64,000 bases of DNA from Haliotis rubra (GCF_003918875.1 NW_025767035.1:2728001-2792000); one strand, 5' to 3'; positions 12,841 through 26,418 are shown, counted from the first letter of the stretch. A program made the numbers and translations. Notes: a model not told the origin generated them from the sequence alone.

Positions 12841-14203
12841 TATTGGTCATGTCATCGATTGAGTACAGTCCAGCTGGGTGCCCCCTGTCCAGAGTCTACT
12901 GACCCTATTGCTGGACAATTGTACTACATGTATTTGTATTGGTGGGCATTAGCATCCACACCAATGACATTTGGACACACTATGGTTGCACACCAATTAC
13001 ATCTACTTGCATTACGTTAATGACAACACTTTACCTGTTCATAATCAGTATGGGTATATTCTAGCAGTTTTACACGACACGGGGAACCCATGTGGGGAAT
13101 CGTGGGGAACCCTTTAACCACCAGGCTACCCACCCGTCTCCATCCTCATAGAAGACAACCAAACTGGTCATCCCCCGATGTCGGCAAAGCATTCTCAATA
13201 AATTGTTCCACCATCTATTCACTGTCAGCCGTTGATTGCACGGGACCCATGAGACGTTTTACACGTATTTCCATTAATAACTAGACAGCGAACGTGGAGA
13301 TGATTGTTAACGGATATGAATTGTTTGGCAAATATTGTTTCGTTTCCAACACTTGTTTTTGTTTCAAACATTTTGTTTAAATAGTTTCTTCAGACGAGAC
13401 ACACGTCCACCTAACATTAACGGATCTTGTTTCTGATGACAGTGAAGACGTTCACTGGCGTTCTATATTTGATGAAATCATCATGCACATGTAACATGCC
13501 CACAAACCGAAGGAAATATTCAGACGAATGTGGATTCGAACACCTTGGTCAGCGGATCCTGGAAGCAACCAAGTTTCTTCACACAAAACAAAAGACAACT
13601 TCTAGCTAGAAATACACTCAAGATTCCTTCAACGCACGTTTACTATTGCATTTATCGTTAATGGTCAGGATAAGATGAGGAAGGTATTTCAATATATACA
13701 TTGTATATACAAATAGAAAATTAATCATAAATGGCAAAAGGTGAAATACTTTCCTCGTCTTATCCTGACCATTATCGAAATAGATTAATGCACAGCTGTA
13801 GTGAAGGTCATTATATTTCAATTATCATTAAGAAATACTCACGATTATATTCCACTATATTTCCACAGGCGAGATCAGATTTTTTACTGACGGTTGTATT
13901 CCGAAATCGGAGCGACCTTCACACTGGTTATTTAAGCTGTCCAGAGAGTGACTGAGGTCGCTGGAAAATTGGACAGCTTGAGTAGAATATCAGGTAACAA
14001 ATGAATCTGTTGCTACTACTGAGGAATCACAGCTGACCACTCGGTTTTTATTACTATTCGAATTCTAATGTGCCAAAGCATACGAAACAAAATGGTGTGA
14101 CACTCTAACGTTTTCAACTTGAACAGCCCGTTCTTGTTCGTCCAAACAAAAGAAATACTGTTCAAAGTGGCGTTAAACCCAACTACCTCGCTCACTCAAA
14201 CAG

Positions 14204-14444
14204 TGAGTGAGTGAGTTTAGTTTTACACCGCTCTCAGCAATATTCCAGCTATATGGCGGCGGTCTGTAAATAATCGAGTCTGGACCAGACAATCCAGTGA
14301 TCAACAGTATGAGCATCGATCTGCGCAATTGGGAACCGATGACATGTCAACCAAGCCAGCGAGCCTGACCACCCGATCCCGTTAGTCGCCTCTTACGACA
14401 AGCATTGGTTACTGAAGGTTCATTCTAACCAAGACCTTCACGGG
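14204..14444 (-). mobile_element. Short retroposon family 2
   Basis: 16-bp TSD TCGCTCACTCAAACAG. Confidence 0.9.
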
Positions 14445-15174
14445 TCGCTCACTCAAACAGAATAATTGTGTAAATCATGGTGTTCGAGAATAAACGGGCA
14501 AAAAGTGTTTTACTGAACATCAAATTTTGTTTGGATAATTTGTGAAGTCTGTATACAGTATTAGACGCAAGACCACAGCTAATAGAGGCGCGTTTTACGA
14601 CCAACGCTTCAGACCTATTTTACAACCATTACAGTGAGCAAACAGTGGTAGTTACAGCGAAGAAGCTTTATTTAGTTTAAAACACTGACTATTTGGATTG
14701 AGGAAGACACACTTTTCCCTAACCCTTTAATGTAACCGTTACACATTGGTTATTTCTTTCCCAGGAGGGGATCATCCAGTTGTGGAAAATGGAGATGTCG
14801 ACGCCGAGAATGTTTAGTCTCGGTATCCAGGATTCCATTGGGATGTAAACATCAAAAAGGTGGTGAAACTCATATGAATGGAGCACTGGACATTAATGAC
14901 GACAGCGGGTGTTCACATTTATTCCTATATTGGGTCGTGTCAATATATAAAATGTCTCAATGTCGTCTAACCCAAATAAATACTTTTCATGAATGTTATA
15001 ATTTTTCCAACGGGAATTTAGTCCCTGTACCCGAAATCTGATAATCGCACAGAAAAAGCGACCATGTTTTATCATCTCCATTTTAACAAACATATGTGTT
15101 CATGTCTTCAACCAACAAGACTGTTAAGTATACTCTTTGTTCCAGTGATACGTGCTTTTTTCATCTTGATAAGT

Positions 15175-15341
15175 GACTGAGTGAATAAGTATAGTTTTTC
15201 GTCGCTTTTAGCAATATTCCAGCGACATCGCGACGGGGGACACCAGAAATGGGCTTCACACATTGTACCCATGTAGGGAATTGAACCTGGGTCTTCACCG
15301 TGAAGAGCGAACGCTTCAACCACTAGGCTACCCCACCGCCC
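15175..15341 (-). mobile_element. SINE family 1
   Basis: Aligns by eye to the other copies. Confidence 0.85.
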
Positions 15342-16009
15342 TTTATCTTGATAAATGTACGTCGGTGGCTTGTTATACCTATTCATTTGAATATGTGACT
15401 CTCGAGTAATATAATTCATCATTTACCAAAAGTAAATATTGATAAAATTGCATATTGTATTATTAATATAATAACGTCGAAAACATTTCAAAATCATAAT
15501 ATAAAATCAGCATCTGAGATTAAGCAGACTCTATGATACGCTGCAGCAGTTCCCTTGGGCGTATAATGCTTACAAGCGGTGAGGATCATGTGATGGGATC
15601 GCTGAAAGTCGCTCCTGAAAACACAATCCATTGTACGATTCCGACCACAGCAGGGTTGATGGCGGCATACGACTTTAAGGATGAGAGCTGCTCTTCCAAC
15701 TGCGGGTTCATCTTTTATTGCGAACAATGCTTTGCGATCGATAAGGTAAAGGCGGATATTTCTCGTGTTTGTGAGATGCCATGTAAGCTGTAAGTGGTGG
15801 ACGAGGAAACTTTTGACGGTGGATAAATGTATTGTTCGTGTGTATTTTAAGGGCTTTGAGTAACGAGAAAATACATGGCATATTTGTCGGTCCAGAGATG
15901 TACATTTACGTGGTATATTTTAGTCGGCTTGACAAAGCTGATGACGTTGACAGGACAAACCATTATGTTCAAATCTGACCAGAACTATTAGTGGATTAAT
16001 TTCAGGTTT

Positions 16010-18320
16010 TCTAGGGAGAAATCTCTTGCGGAGCAGCAGAAGGATTGTGATGTGGATACTTCTTTGCTACTTTTTCAAGAAAGACGTTTCGCTCATATGA
16101 CGACGTGCATGCGTGTGTATGTGTGGCTGTTGTTGTTGTTGTGTTTGGTGCTTTTGAGGTCGCCTTCGCCGGTTGGCATGTCGGCAGACCTAACCCTCCT
16201 TGGGATGCGTGGGGTGTCCCTCCTTGGGACTCGTGGGTGTGGTGGCGGTGTCCCTCCTTGGGACTCTTGGGGCTGGACCGGGTTGTCTTGGTGGCGTTGG
16301 GTGTGGGCGTCTCTCCTTGGGCGCTTGGGTCGGAGTGTCCCTCCTTGGGACGCTTGAGGCTGGTCTGTCCCACCTCGGGACGCATGGCTGGACATTGCTG
16401 TCCCAGCTTGTGTTGACCCTCTTTGGGTCGCATGGTTTGTCCCTCTTTGGGACCCCTGGGTGTAAGTACACGAGTGTTGTGTGTACATACACTGTATATA
16501 TTGTTTTTGTTTTTTGGGAGGGAGTGGACACGGCCACTCCCCTCCTCACACTCTGGGGAACAGACACGGCCGCTCCCCTGTTGTCACTCTGGGGAGCAGA
16601 CACGGCCGCTCCCCTGCTGTCACTACTATCACTCACCTACTTTTCACTCTGGGGAGCAGACACGGCCACTCCCCTGCTGTCACTCTTGGGGCAGGCACGG
16701 CCGCTCCCTTGCTCTCACTCTGGGGAGCAGACACGGCCGCTCCCCTGCTGTCACTACTATCACTCTGGGGAGCAGACACGGCCACTCCCCCGCTTTCACT
16801 CCTTGTTCCACTCTGGGGAGCGGACATGGCCATTCCTTGCTCTCACCTTGGAAGGTGGGCATGGCCACTCCCTTGCTCTCATTCAGCTCACTCACCCTGG
16901 GGAGCGGACACGGCCACTCCCCTGCTGTTTCCCTAGGGGGTGGACACGGCCACTCCCTGTTTCAAGACCCTCGTTGGGACGCATGTGTTGTCCCTCTTTG
17001 GGACGCATGGTGGACTGGCGTGCCAGTCTGGTGCCAGTCTGTGCGACCGGCGTGTTCTGGCTGGGCTGGTCCTCTGAGGTCAGGAGCTTGGGTGGTATAA
17101 TCTCCTTGGCGCCCTCGGACAAACTGAAGACTGGCTTGATTGATATAATTTCTTTTTAAATATACTGACATAGTTCACTTTCCAAGAGGAAATTGGCTAG
17201 TGGTCTGTACATTGCAAGGTGCTCCGTGGGAGCCAGCAGCCGCTTGGCTGTCAATGTACCTAGCCCTGTTTCCTCTCTGAGTGTTTGCCTGGTTGTGTCA
17301 AACCGTTGGCAATCCAGCATAATGTGAGGGACTGTAGCTTTGGTGTGGCATGTTTGACAGTTCTTATATGAGGTTTTGGTGGTACCTAGTCTTAGGCGGG
17401 TGATCATGATGTCGACTCGCCTGTTTTGTGAGGGAGTAGTTCGCGTCCCTTTCACACTGGGGCGGAGTCCATGATACCATCTGCCTTTGTCTGAGGTGTC
17501 CCATTGCCTCTGCCACTTGCTAGTGATCGAACCTTGGATCATACTTCGAATTTCGCTTTTTGAGTAAGGATGATCCAGTGACACGTCCAATTCTAGCGCC
17601 TGTTTAGCTAGTTTGTCGGCTCTCTCATTACCGGGAATGTCTATGTGAGATGGTATCCAGCACAGTGTTATCTCTTTCTCATTTTCCCTTCTTAGTTTCT
17701 GAATGAGAACCAAAATGTCTCGGATGGTGTCAGGTCTACTGCTCGAATGCTTAGTTGCCAGTGACTGTAGTGCACTGAGAGAGTCAGAGAGGATGACCAC
17801 TCTTTTCTCTCTAAGGTTTTCACTGTACCTTAGTGCATGGTGTATGGCTTCTAGCACCGCTGTGTAGACTGACTGTCCGTCAGGGAGGCGGACCGAGATG
17901 GTTTGGTTGTTAGAGGTTGTGTATATCTGGATACCATAGGCGGTTCTATTTCTCACAGGATCCTTGGATCCGTCAGTATATATGTGAGCCGAGTCTTCGT
18001 AAAGTGAGTCAATCCTACTAAGCGCAATGCTTCGTAGCAACATTGGGTTCTCACTTTTAGGCACTTCTTTTGTGAGAGTGGTGTCGACATTGGGTGATTT
18101 TAATTCCCATGGGGGACATTGCACTGTCGTTTGACATGTTGGTGGCTCCACCCTGTAGCATCCGTGTTCTCACCTAAGCTCTAAGACTCTGAGCCCGCCT
18201 GGTGTTGTATCAGGTCTCTTTTGGAGCCATGCTTTCATGCGTACGGGGTAGAGTTCCTCTTTCCATAGTCTAGTGACAAGTGGATTGGAGCAGCGACTCC
18301 AATAGTTCAATGTCATCTGG
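16010..18320 (-). mobile_element. 5'-truncated I-group (I/Nimb/Ingi-like) non-LTR retrotransposon: RNase H, zinc knuckle and GC-rich 3' region
   Basis: ORF 17156..18151: IYTDGSK, AVLEAI, ILSDSLSAL, WIPSH..IPGNERAD, WQRQWD, RLRLG, CxxC..H..C; the RT domain is absent. The 3' boundary is approximate. Confidence 0.88.
17156..18151 (-). pseudogene. LINE ORF2 C-terminal fragment (RNase H)
   Basis: Open frame, but with an upstream stop, no RT, and the conserved catalytic Glu of AELxAI replaced by Val. Confidence 0.85.
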
Positions 18321-18535
18321 TTTTATAGTACTATCTCACTGAGATACCATGCCGCAGTGAAGCATGAATACCCCACTCAGACACATTATACTGACTCCGA
18401 GCCGACCAGTCCTTGTTGTACCCATTACTGCCGAGCACCAGGCAGGGACCAACAAATACCATATTTTAACGTCTTTGGTATGAGGCGGCCGTGGATCGAA
18501 CCCGCGACCTTCCGCTTTCCGGGCGGATGCTCTAA
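18320..18535 (-). mobile_element. tRNA-derived SINE with a conserved central domain (Meta-SINE-like), tail-less
   Basis: B-box GGGTTCGATCC followed by ..GGACTGGTCGGCTCGGAGTCAGTATAATGTGTCTGAGTGG..; a degenerate relative lies at about 23430-23615 (+). Confidence 0.65.
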
Positions 18536-18664
18536 GATGCTCTACAAGATGAGGATATCAGGTGGTGGATCAGACTGTATTCTTCTTGTCTTGTCATGTC
18601 ACGGAGTTCTCACTGTAGCACATAATACTTTACTTTTAGGAGTCAGTAAAACTTAACAAAAAGA

Positions 18665-20037
18665 TGCCGTGTTCACATCTACCTTACACTAAGACTCCTG
18701 TAAGTCTATGTTACGTATGGGAGATACGATAACCTTACACTAAGACTGCTGTAAATCTATGTTAGGTATGGAAGTTACGATCACCTTACACTAAGACTGT
18801 TGTAAGTCTGTGTTAGGTATGAAAGCTACGATCACCTTACACTAAGACTGCTGTAAGTCTATGTTAGGTATGGAAGTTACGATCACCTTACACTAAGACT
18901 GTTGTAAGTCTATGTTACGTATGGGAGTTACGATCACCTTCCGCTAAAACACATGTAAGTCTATGTCAGTTATGGGAGTTAAGATCACCTTACACTAAGA
19001 CTGTTGTAAGTCTATGTTACGTATGGGAGTTACGATCACCTTCCGCTAAGATACATGTAAATCTATGTTAGGTATTGAAATTACGACCACCTTACATTAA
19101 GACTGCTGTAAGTCTATGTTACGTATGGAAGTTACGATCACCTTACACTAAGACTGTTGTAAGTCTATGTTAAGTATGGAAGTTACGATCACCTTACACT
19201 AAGACTGTTGTAAGTCTATGTTAGGTATGGAAGTTACGATCACCTTACACTAAGACTGTTGTATGTCTATGTTACGTATGGGAGTTACGATCACCTTACA
19301 CGAAGACTGTTGTAAGTCTATGTTACGTATGGAAGTTACGATCACCTTACACTAAGATTGTTGTAAGTCTATGTTACGTATGGAAGTTACGATCACCTTA
19401 CATTAAGACTGCTGTAAGTCTATGTTACGTATGGAAGTTACGATCACCTTTCACTAAGACTGTTGTAAGTCTATGTTAAGTATGGAAGTAACGATCACCT
19501 TACACTAAGACTGTTGTAAGTCTATGTTACGTATGGAAGTTACGATCACCTTACACTAAGACTCCTGTAAGTATATGCTAGGTATGCGAGTTACGACTAC
19601 CTTACACTAAGACTTCTGTAAGTCTATGTTAGGTATGGGAGTTACGATCACCTTACGCTAAGACTCCTGTAAGTCTATGTTAGGTATGCGAGTTACGATT
19701 ACCTTACACTAAGACTCCTGTAAGTATATGCTAGGTATGCAAGTTACGACTACCTTACACTAAGACTGTTGTAAGTCTATGTTACGTATGAAAGTTACGA
19801 TCACATTACACTAAGACTGTTGTAAGTCTATGTTAAGTATGAAAGTTACGATCACCTTACACTAAGACTGTTGTAAGTCTATGTTACGTATGGAAGTTAC
19901 GATCTCCTTACACTAAGACTCCTGTAAGTATATGCTAGGTATGCGAGTTACGACTACCTTACACTAAGACTGTTGTAAGTATATGCTAGGTATGAGATTT
20001 ACGACCACCTTACGCTACGATCGCTTTGTGCAACGGC
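18665..20037. repeat. 51-bp satellite (about 26 units) derived from the same MITE family, opposite orientation
   Basis: Unit ACCTTACACTAAGACTGTTGTAAGTCTATGTTACGTATGGAAGTTACGATC is the reverse-complement homologue of the 53-bp unit; ends in the terminal-repeat remnant TACGATCGCTTTGTGCAACGGC. Confidence 0.9.
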
Positions 20038-20232
20038 TGAGTTCGAACTCCCGGTCGGCCCCAAGTCAGCCTGGCTCCCTGTTATGTTGGACTTGCGCTT
20101 CTCTGAGAGAGGTCTGCCTAGCAGCGTGGGAGTTAAGAGCGACTATTCCCTACGATCACTTTATGGAATGAGGCTGTTACGACGTAAATTGGAATAAAAA
20201 CGCAAATTGTAATACTTCGTAATAGAAGCCTT

Positions 20233-20438
20233 GGGTCCCGATCCACAAAGCGTTCGTACGACATCCGTAAGCCTATGATATACTATAGAGTTACGACAGG
20301 TCGTAACGTTACGAACGCTTTGAGGACCCAGGGCCTAGATTGACGAAGCTCTCATACCGCTAAGATAGGTGTAAGGTAATGTTAATGTATGGCACTTACG
20401 ACTATCTTAGCGCTAAGAGAGCTTCGGAAATCTAGGCC
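20233..20438. mobile_element. Two adjacent monomeric hairpin MITEs (about 20233-20328 and 20332-20438)
   Basis: Each is self-complementary; the second has GGCCTAGATT..AATCTAGGCC ends and a CAG TSD at 20329-31 and 20439-41. Confidence 0.75.
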
Positions 20439-20444
20439 CAGGAT

Positions 20445-20980
20445 TTCAGAACAAACTACGGTTATTATGCTGGACATGCAGTACCTGTCAGGTTGTATTG
20501 AAACGTAATCACATGACTGCAAGATTTCCTTAGAGGCGGACACCAGCATTTGATGAACCATTCAGTAGGGTGGTAATAGATTTGTTAGATGATTCCCAAG
20601 TTCTCGATCAGGCAATGTATACTTGTTGACAATCAAGTGTGCACAAACTTTTCAGAAGCTATTTCTTTGAGAAATATTGAGCTCCAAGCATTTGTAAGGC
20701 TTGATTGAGTTCTTCACTCTTGTTGGTGTTCCCGGTTTCATTCAATCATACCACGTGTCCCTGCTTCATGTCTGGAATGTTCCAGCAAGTCAAGCATGTC
20801 TTGGGTACCACTCAGTGTAGATCTCACACTTACCATCCAGAATCGCAGGTGTGGTGGAACCATTTCACCAAACCTTAAAGAATCTGCTTAAGACTTATTG
20901 TAATATCAATATGATAAAAGAAGCTGTACATGAATCACTGGGATTCACTCCTTTAGAGTATCATGGAGATCACTTCTACT
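20445..20980 (+). pseudogene. Gypsy LTR-retrotransposon integrase remnant
   Basis: Frameshifted fragments CxxC..AFDEPFSRVVIDL..YLLTI..EAISLRNI..EFFTLVGVP..YHPESQ..FHQTLKNLL. Confidence 0.7.
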
Positions 20981-21009
20981 GGCTTGCTGAAAGATGACTG
21001 GTTACGAGA

Positions 21010-21254
21010 GGTTGGTTGGTTGGTTTGTTGTTTAACGCCGCACTCAACAATGTCCCAGCTATAAAGCGGCTGTCTGTAAATAATCGTGTTGGACCAGACA
21101 ACCCAGTGATAAACAGCACCAGCATCGATCTACATAACTGGGATACGATAACACGTGTAAACCAAGTCAGCAAGCCTGACCATCGACCCCGTTACTCGCC
21201 TCTAACGACAAGCATGGGTTGCTGAAGACCAATTCTAACCAGGATATTCACGGC
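21010..21254 (-). mobile_element. Short retroposon family 2 with (CAAC)n tail
   Basis: Aligns to the other copies. Confidence 0.85.
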
Positions 21255-21649
21255 AGTGCAAAATTATTGTGACATTACAGTTTAGACAGGAGAAATGAAA
21301 CCTTGTTTTAATCAGAAGACAATGCATAGAGCGTGTAAGCCAGCTGACAATGTAGACACTACTCCCAATACCAGCTCGACCATTCGTTCACTGGGGACAG
21401 ATACTGCGTAGTTATTCGTAGCTCGTTATTCAATATGTATTGCTTTGGAAAGCTGTTTTTCTATTATGGCAGCTTTTACCGTGTTCATATCGCGCGAACT
21501 GATCGAATACCAAATATAAATGATCATATTGTCATATTGTCAGTTGAGAATCATCTTGGTGGAGGGTCTTTGTTACGATCATATAACTTCACTTGCAAAC
21601 ATCCTTGCTTTGCATTATAATTTGTTCACAAAATTAAACAGGTCAAGAG

Positions 21650-22145
21650 ATTAAGGTACCTAGTATAATGGTATGGTCAAATACTGCGATGTTAAGATAT
21701 GCAGTATGATGGTATTGTCAAGTACTGAGATGTTAAGATAGGCAGTATGATGGCATAGTCAAATACTGAGATGTTAAGATAGGCAGTATGATAGTATAGT
21801 CGAACACTCAGATGTTAAGATAGGGAGTACGATGGCACAATCAAATACTGAGATGTTTAGATATGCAGTATGAAAGTATAGTCAAATACTGCGATGTTAA
21901 GATAGGCAGTATGAAGGTATAGTCAAATACCGCGATGTTAAGATAGGCAGCATGATGGTATAGTCAAGTACTGCGATGTTAAGATAGGCAGCATGATGGT
22001 ATAGTCAAATACTGAGATGTTAAGATAGGCAGTATGGTGGTATAGTCAAGTACTGCGATGTTAAGATAGGCAGTATGAAGGTATAGTCAAGTACTGCGAT
22101 GTTAAGATAACCAGTATACTGTAAAATTAAAATACTAAAATGTTA
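21650..22145. repeat. 41-bp tandem repeat, about 12 units
   Basis: GTCAAATACTGCGATGTTAAGATAGGCAGTATGATGGTATA. Confidence 0.93.
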
Positions 22146-25100
22146 AAAGATCCCACTTACTAATATCATCAAAATACTGTGATTAAATCACCACAGCCGA
22201 TGGATAATTAAGCAGCTAGTCGATTGTCTTTCAAGCCTATAAATGTCCTACATTTCAGACAACAAAAATATCTTCCTCCTTGCATAACGCTTGTGCTATC
22301 AAACTTAAATCGTCATTTTCTTAGGAAGCCTGATCACATGAATACGAACCATTTCAAAGTGCTTTCTTAATTGATCTTTCACAAAGACATGACAGACTGC
22401 TTCGGGGCGTCTTTAAATGCCGTGACATTTCTACAGCGTAAACATCTCCTGCCCTCGCTCATGACGACGACATGTACGTCTTTGAACTACAGCGGGATTG
22501 CTAGCAACAGAGGACGACTTCGTTACTCCGACATCAACTACGTCAATATCACCGACAGAGATACAGGTGGACGGCGGATCAAAAGAGTGTCACGTGATAG
22601 GAGACAAAGGTGTAAGACGGAGGGAGAAATTAACGCCAGAGGACAAATGGCATCAATTATTACTTTTTTCCACGTAAAGAATGACATGACATCGCTTTGA
22701 ATAAATGTAAAAATATATCTGACAATTCTCTTCCCAGTGTCAGGTTGCATGTGCTGTTTATGAAATATACTTGAAGGCACCGAGTTGTGTAACGTTTAAA
22801 AGAGAACATCAGTTACTGGGCCTGCACTGATCTCGTAGTTTATGCAAATGGGTGAATGAATGTTGTTTTACGCTTCGAATGGCATTTGTCCAGATGTGTC
22901 GCCGTGGCTTGTAAACAATCAAGCCCGGACCAGGCAAACTGGTGAGCGAAAGCACGAGCAACGCTTCACGCCCACGCAGTTTGATAACACGCAATCAACC
23001 ATCACAGAGCCAGTCTCCATTTTATTCGCCTCCTGCGACAAGCATGAATTCTACTAATTCTACATTCCCACATTCATAAGAAACCTCCGCCCAAAGCAGA
23101 ATCGACTTATGTTTCCGACTATCAAATTGCGCATAAATTAGTGAATCAGTTACGCTTTCTCTTGCCTCAAACGATGTATACTGATCCTGATTCACATTCT
23201 TTTCTTTCGTGATAATTTGACACCACAATTTTAAATGTACTTTTCTTCTTGTTCTTTCTTTGTTTTCGGGGTTTGTTCAAACAGCTACACCGTCCGTTCT
23301 CATACACCGTTGTCCTAGATGTCTTGGGTGGCCGAATAGTTGTTCAGCAACTCTCTCTGCCAGGAACAGCTGGGCGACCGCCTCCGTGGTCTTATGGACA
23401 TAACAACTGCCGCAGAGCTGAAGGTCGCTTGTTCGATGCCCGGTCGTATCGTATCAAGGTTTGTTAAACGATGCTACTTGCGGTTACCCTGCCTGCCATG
23501 CGTCATATGGGAGGTATTACAAGGATTGGTCGACTCGGAGTCGGGATACTGAGTCTAAGTTGGGTATTAGAAAACTGCGGCATGGAAGTTCATTGGGCTG
23601 GTATTCTATAAGTGACACTATATAGTCAGGACTAGAAAAAGCACACACGCACATGCATGCACGTACGACGCTATAATTCCGTTGATAGTGGAATCGAACT
23701 TTGGTTAGTAATCACTAAAAATATATTTTGTTAGCTTTCTCTACATCAGTCTGGTATGTCATAATGGAAACTAGTCTTAAACTGCGTTGACATTCAATAT
23801 GTTTCTGTATTTTGTCTTTTGTACGGGCTGTGTTGACATCTACATCGATATCACGGGTGTCCCGTACAGAGGTTCCACGAAGCAGTCCTTAACAGTCTTG
23901 ATCGCACAGCCACCATACCAACATAGGTCATACAGTTAATAATATCGTATTACCTTCTTAACTTGAAAATATGCATCTTCCACTCCTGGGGAACGGGTCC
24001 GAACTAAAACTGTACAAAATAGCAAATGTGTCGAAACTATTTAAACGCGTTTTTGGTACTTTACAGCATAAAACTACAGAAAAAATAAACTGTTCTATGT
24101 GCATCCCGCCCCCGCAATTTCAAAGATCTACAACGTGTTCGTGTCTGAACAGTAAAACGGCAAGGTTGGTAAACAGATAAAAACATAGAGAAGGCGCAAC
24201 TGTCAGAGAGACGCTCACTTAAAAAACCCTCGTTCGTATGCTTTGTGAAAAAAACCAGCGACTTGGAGACCCGACATAAACAGTTCGATAAACAAAGAAG
24301 CCATGCGACAACGTGGGCAAAGTCTACATGCAGCCTGACTGGCCAACAGCATGTCAAGGATTATTGGTTGTACATGGTGATTTGGCGTTCCTGGAGACCG
24401 GCTGACGGAGTACGGCCTCAGACTTGGTCTAGTTGGGAACAGTGGCGTTTGTTTCGTTTACACTCGGCTAGAGTGAGGCTTCACGAAGGAATGTTGGATA
24501 CGGTCGTGTTGATGAACTGTCAACTACACGTAGCTATCTTCCATCCCAAACCGAATTAAAATCGACAAAATTCTTTCCACATTCATAAGAAATCTCCGCC
24601 CAAAGCAGAATCGACTTACGTTTCCGATTATCAAATTTCGCATGAATTAGTGAATCAGTTACTCGTCTTCTTGCCTTGAACGATGTTTACTGACTTACAC
24701 CCTTGCCTTGAACGATGTTTACTGACTTACACCCTTGCCTTGAAACCAATGGAATCTGGATCTGAGAGAGGCGAGACTGCGTACTCTTTCTCACTGACGT
24801 TTTCTATGTATTACTAAATAGAATGGAACTACATGTACATGATTAACTGGCATAAACCAAGGATTGGAAACCACTAAGGAGAAGTATTAGTAGATCGTGT
24901 CAAATAAACTTTGTGTTAAATGAAGGTTCTTGGAAGATCAGAGGGACCGGAATTGGAGGGGGACGAGACATGCAGCGAGTGGGTGTGAATGGATGTGATT
25001 GGGTGTTAGTGGGTGTGAGTGGGTGCTTGTGGGCGGATACCAAATGCCAAACTTACCGTACCGTGCTACTCCACTGAGCTAGCATTCTGCAAGGTATGAT

Positions 25101-25739
25101 GGATACACCATTCAAACATATTACACTAATTTTAAGCAGGAGACTCCCTTGTATTATCTTGTTAAAGCCGAGCAACAGACATAGGACCATATATATGATC
25201 TTGGCTGACCTAAAGGGTGAATCTCTGAATAGCGAATGGTATCTCATTTGGCGTTTGTCTGACCAAGGCCCGAGGCAAGAGGATGCAGTATTTGTAGAAG
25301 AAAAACTTCTTCATATTTTTGGAAAAGGCTTTATCCTAACAGGAAAAAATATCTGTCTCATCTGACTGATTAATCTTTTAATCAATGGTTGTATATTTTG
25401 ATAAGAATGTTGTTCATTGGTTGTACAAATGAATAATGTTCGCATCTGACTGTCTGCGATGTGTGATGATTGATATATCACATACAATACCGTGATGAAA
25501 TAGACAATACCTGGGTTTTCTTTGATCTTGACCGTTGTGACAACAATAGTATATAACAATAGGGTCATGCCCCGTGAAACTCTTCTGTCTGACCATCGTG
25601 ATTACTTGCAGACCGGTCTCCGTCAGTGACTCAGCTAAAATCATGGTGATGGACAAATTGTCTCATGTAGTTGTACACAATGGAATCTCGGCTTGAACCT
25701 ATGTGCAAAAGAATACCCAGTCTTGACTATCCCCCAAAA

Positions 25740-26060
25740 CAAAATATTTGGTATCATCCGGTTTACGGGTTGGGACTATAATTTCAATCCACGATGGATT
25801 CTGAAAATTTCCTTTTCTAATATCAAATGAAATATTATTCCAACCATGGTTGTAAAGAATCTGAAGAATGTTGCAAGAAATCAGTATCATCTATACCAGC
25901 TGCTATGTTATATTTAAGACGGCATAGCTTGCCTAAAATGTCATCTCTAGTGATTGGAAAATCACTAATATCCTCTGTAACTTTGAGGTTTATAGCATCT
26001 TGAGCGAATTTGTCTGGTTCGGCATCAGACTAATCTTCCTGGGAATGGACATTTTCATCT
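25740..26060 (-). pseudogene. Decayed LINE reverse-transcriptase N-terminal region
   Basis: PITRDDILGKLCRLKYNIAAGIDD..FLQHSSDSLQPWL..W.EIIVP..KP resembles the KAxGxD..W..IVP..K motif. Confidence 0.5.
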
Positions 26061-26418
26061 TTGTAAGTAATATTATTCCAATTTCATTCAATTCTGCACA
26101 TATTTACATCTTTGTAAGCAAAATTATTATTAATACTTGTGTATATCTTTTTAATTCATATCACTAGAAACAGGCCAGGTTGTTTATCTACTTTTTAACA
26201 AATTGCATATTTTTAAAGGCGTCTCATACGAAAATGGAGTACATCTCTTAAGAGAAAAACTTGTCATTGCTTCATTACACCAATAAGAGCACTCTCGGAA
26301 AGTTAAATGTATTATATATTTTGGGCTTTAATTAATGGTATTACTGACAAAAGTTTGAACAGTGTAAGAAAAAGTATGACACAAGATATGGATATCAACG
26401 TCTTCTTTATTGTATACA

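Noticed and set aside
15533-15793. 86-aa Cys-containing ORF as a possible exon
   Set aside because: No recognisable domain or partner exons.
16011-17171. Many overlapping ORFs on both strands
   Set aside because: GC-rich repetitive LINE 3' region; low stop density explains them.
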